Source of the DNA: Clostridia bacterium
GTDB lineage: Bacteria > Bacillota > Clostridia > Christensenellales > CAG-138
Direction: 5' to 3'
Length of the DNA: 61,425 nucleotides
Assembly (NCBI GenBank): GCA_017393775.1
Contig: JAFOQN010000036.1
Span: 1-61,425 of the forward strand
In this document: positions 60,805 through 61,425 of the stretch, piece by piece
Layout of the letters: every line of letters begins with the position of its first letter
How positions within the stretch are numbered: position 1 is the first letter of the stretch
Made by a program: the position numbers and the translations under genes
The notes under the pieces: model-generated
The model's input: the letters and a program-made list of their open reading frames with translations, nothing else
Told to the model about the DNA's origin: nothing
The model's database searches: none

Positions 60805-61425
60805 ATGACAAAGATCATTGCATTCGAGGGTATCGACGGCACCGGCAAAAGCGTACAGATGGCAAAGCTGTCCGAAACGCTGAAAGGCCGCGGGCTGAGG
60901 GTCAAAGAGATCTCTTTCCCCATGTACGATACGTTTTTCGGGGAAATGATCGGACGTTATCTTTCCGCAAAGGATGGAATCGCCGCAAACACCGTGGACG
61001 GCAAGAGCATGGCGCTGTGGTTCGCGCTGGACCGTTTCGAAGCGTTCAAAAGCCTCGATTATTCCGATGCGGACGTGCTGCTCATCAACCGCTATGTGCT
61101 CAGTAACGCGGTCTACCAGAGCATCCGCGACATCGACCTCGACAAGCCGGATATCCTCGATTTCTGTCTCGAGCTCGAGCACAAGCATTTCGGGATCCCC
61201 GTCCCGGATCTGCATTTGGTCCTCGATATGGACACAGAAAGCGCCGCGGAGAACGTGGATAAGAAGGGCTTCCGGGACTATATCGGCAATGCACGCGACG
61301 TGTACGAGAGCATCGACTCCATTCAGGTCCGCGCACGCAAAAAATACGCCGAATATGCGCAGCGCATCCCGAATGTGGAGCTGATCCTCTGCACGGAAAA
61401 CGGCGTTCTTCTTCCGATCGACGAG
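60805..61425 (+). CDS. tmk: thymidylate kinase family protein (3' end beyond the window)
   Basis: Not in the ORF track because it runs off the window edge. The ATG at 60805 follows a GGGAGGG RBS. The translation is MTKIIAFEGIDGTGKSVQMAKL... (dTMP-kinase P-loop) and the frame stays open to the window end. Confidence 0.75.
   Translation, partial: MTKIIAFEGIDGTGKSVQMAKLSETLKGRGLRVKEISFPMYDTFFGEMIGRYLSAKDGIAANTVDGKSMALWFALDRFEAFKSLDYSDADVLLINRYVLSNAVYQSIRDIDLDKPDILDFCLELEHKHFGIPVPDLHLVLDMDTESAAENVDKKGFRDYIGNARDVYESIDSIQVRARKKYAEYAQRIPNVELILCTENGVLLPIDE

Overview
This is a gene-dense, high-GC chromosomal segment from an endospore-forming Firmicute. Gene content and synteny suggest Clostridia, possibly Oscillospiraceae-like, but that is inference. 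About 70 CDS, mostly on the minus strand, follow the classic Firmicute core order: valS with a T-box leader, rluD-lspA-coaE-polA, nucleoside salvage (pdp, punA, deoB), and folT-folC and cysS. The block recN-spoIVB-spo0A-like, then argR-nadK-tlyA-dxs-ispA-xseBA-nusB, the asp23/amaP module, the complete spoIIIAA-AH operon, and a spoIIE-spoIIGA-sigE unit facing a convergent sigG-type gene follow. RNA genes are limited to a two-tRNA operon (Thr-CGT, Pro-CGG) with consensus promoter and terminator. I found no rRNA, CRISPR array, transposase, integrase or phage genes, and no recognisable defence system. Most long ORFs in the track that lie antisense to these genes are high-GC shadow ORFs. The points worth a second look are local oddities in otherwise conserved sporulation and housekeeping loci:
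- The spo0A position holds a Spo0A-like protein with a degenerate receiver, translationally coupled to a receiver-less second Spo0A effector-domain gene.
- sigE and sigG converge with overlapping stop codons.
- spoIIE, spoIIGA and sigE are translationally coupled, and the spoIIGA frame runs about 158 nt into sigE.
- SpoIIIAF is only 55 aa.
- A phosphotransferase gene carries an in-frame amber codon.
- A GNAT gene lacks a canonical start codon.
- An E2/CAT-fold protein reads DERICDG where DHRxxDG is expected.
- An AT-rich intergenic island carries a strongly RBS-preceded 36-codon ORF and a tandem TTCTGACA repeat.
All functional calls come from motif recognition by eye. No database search was run.
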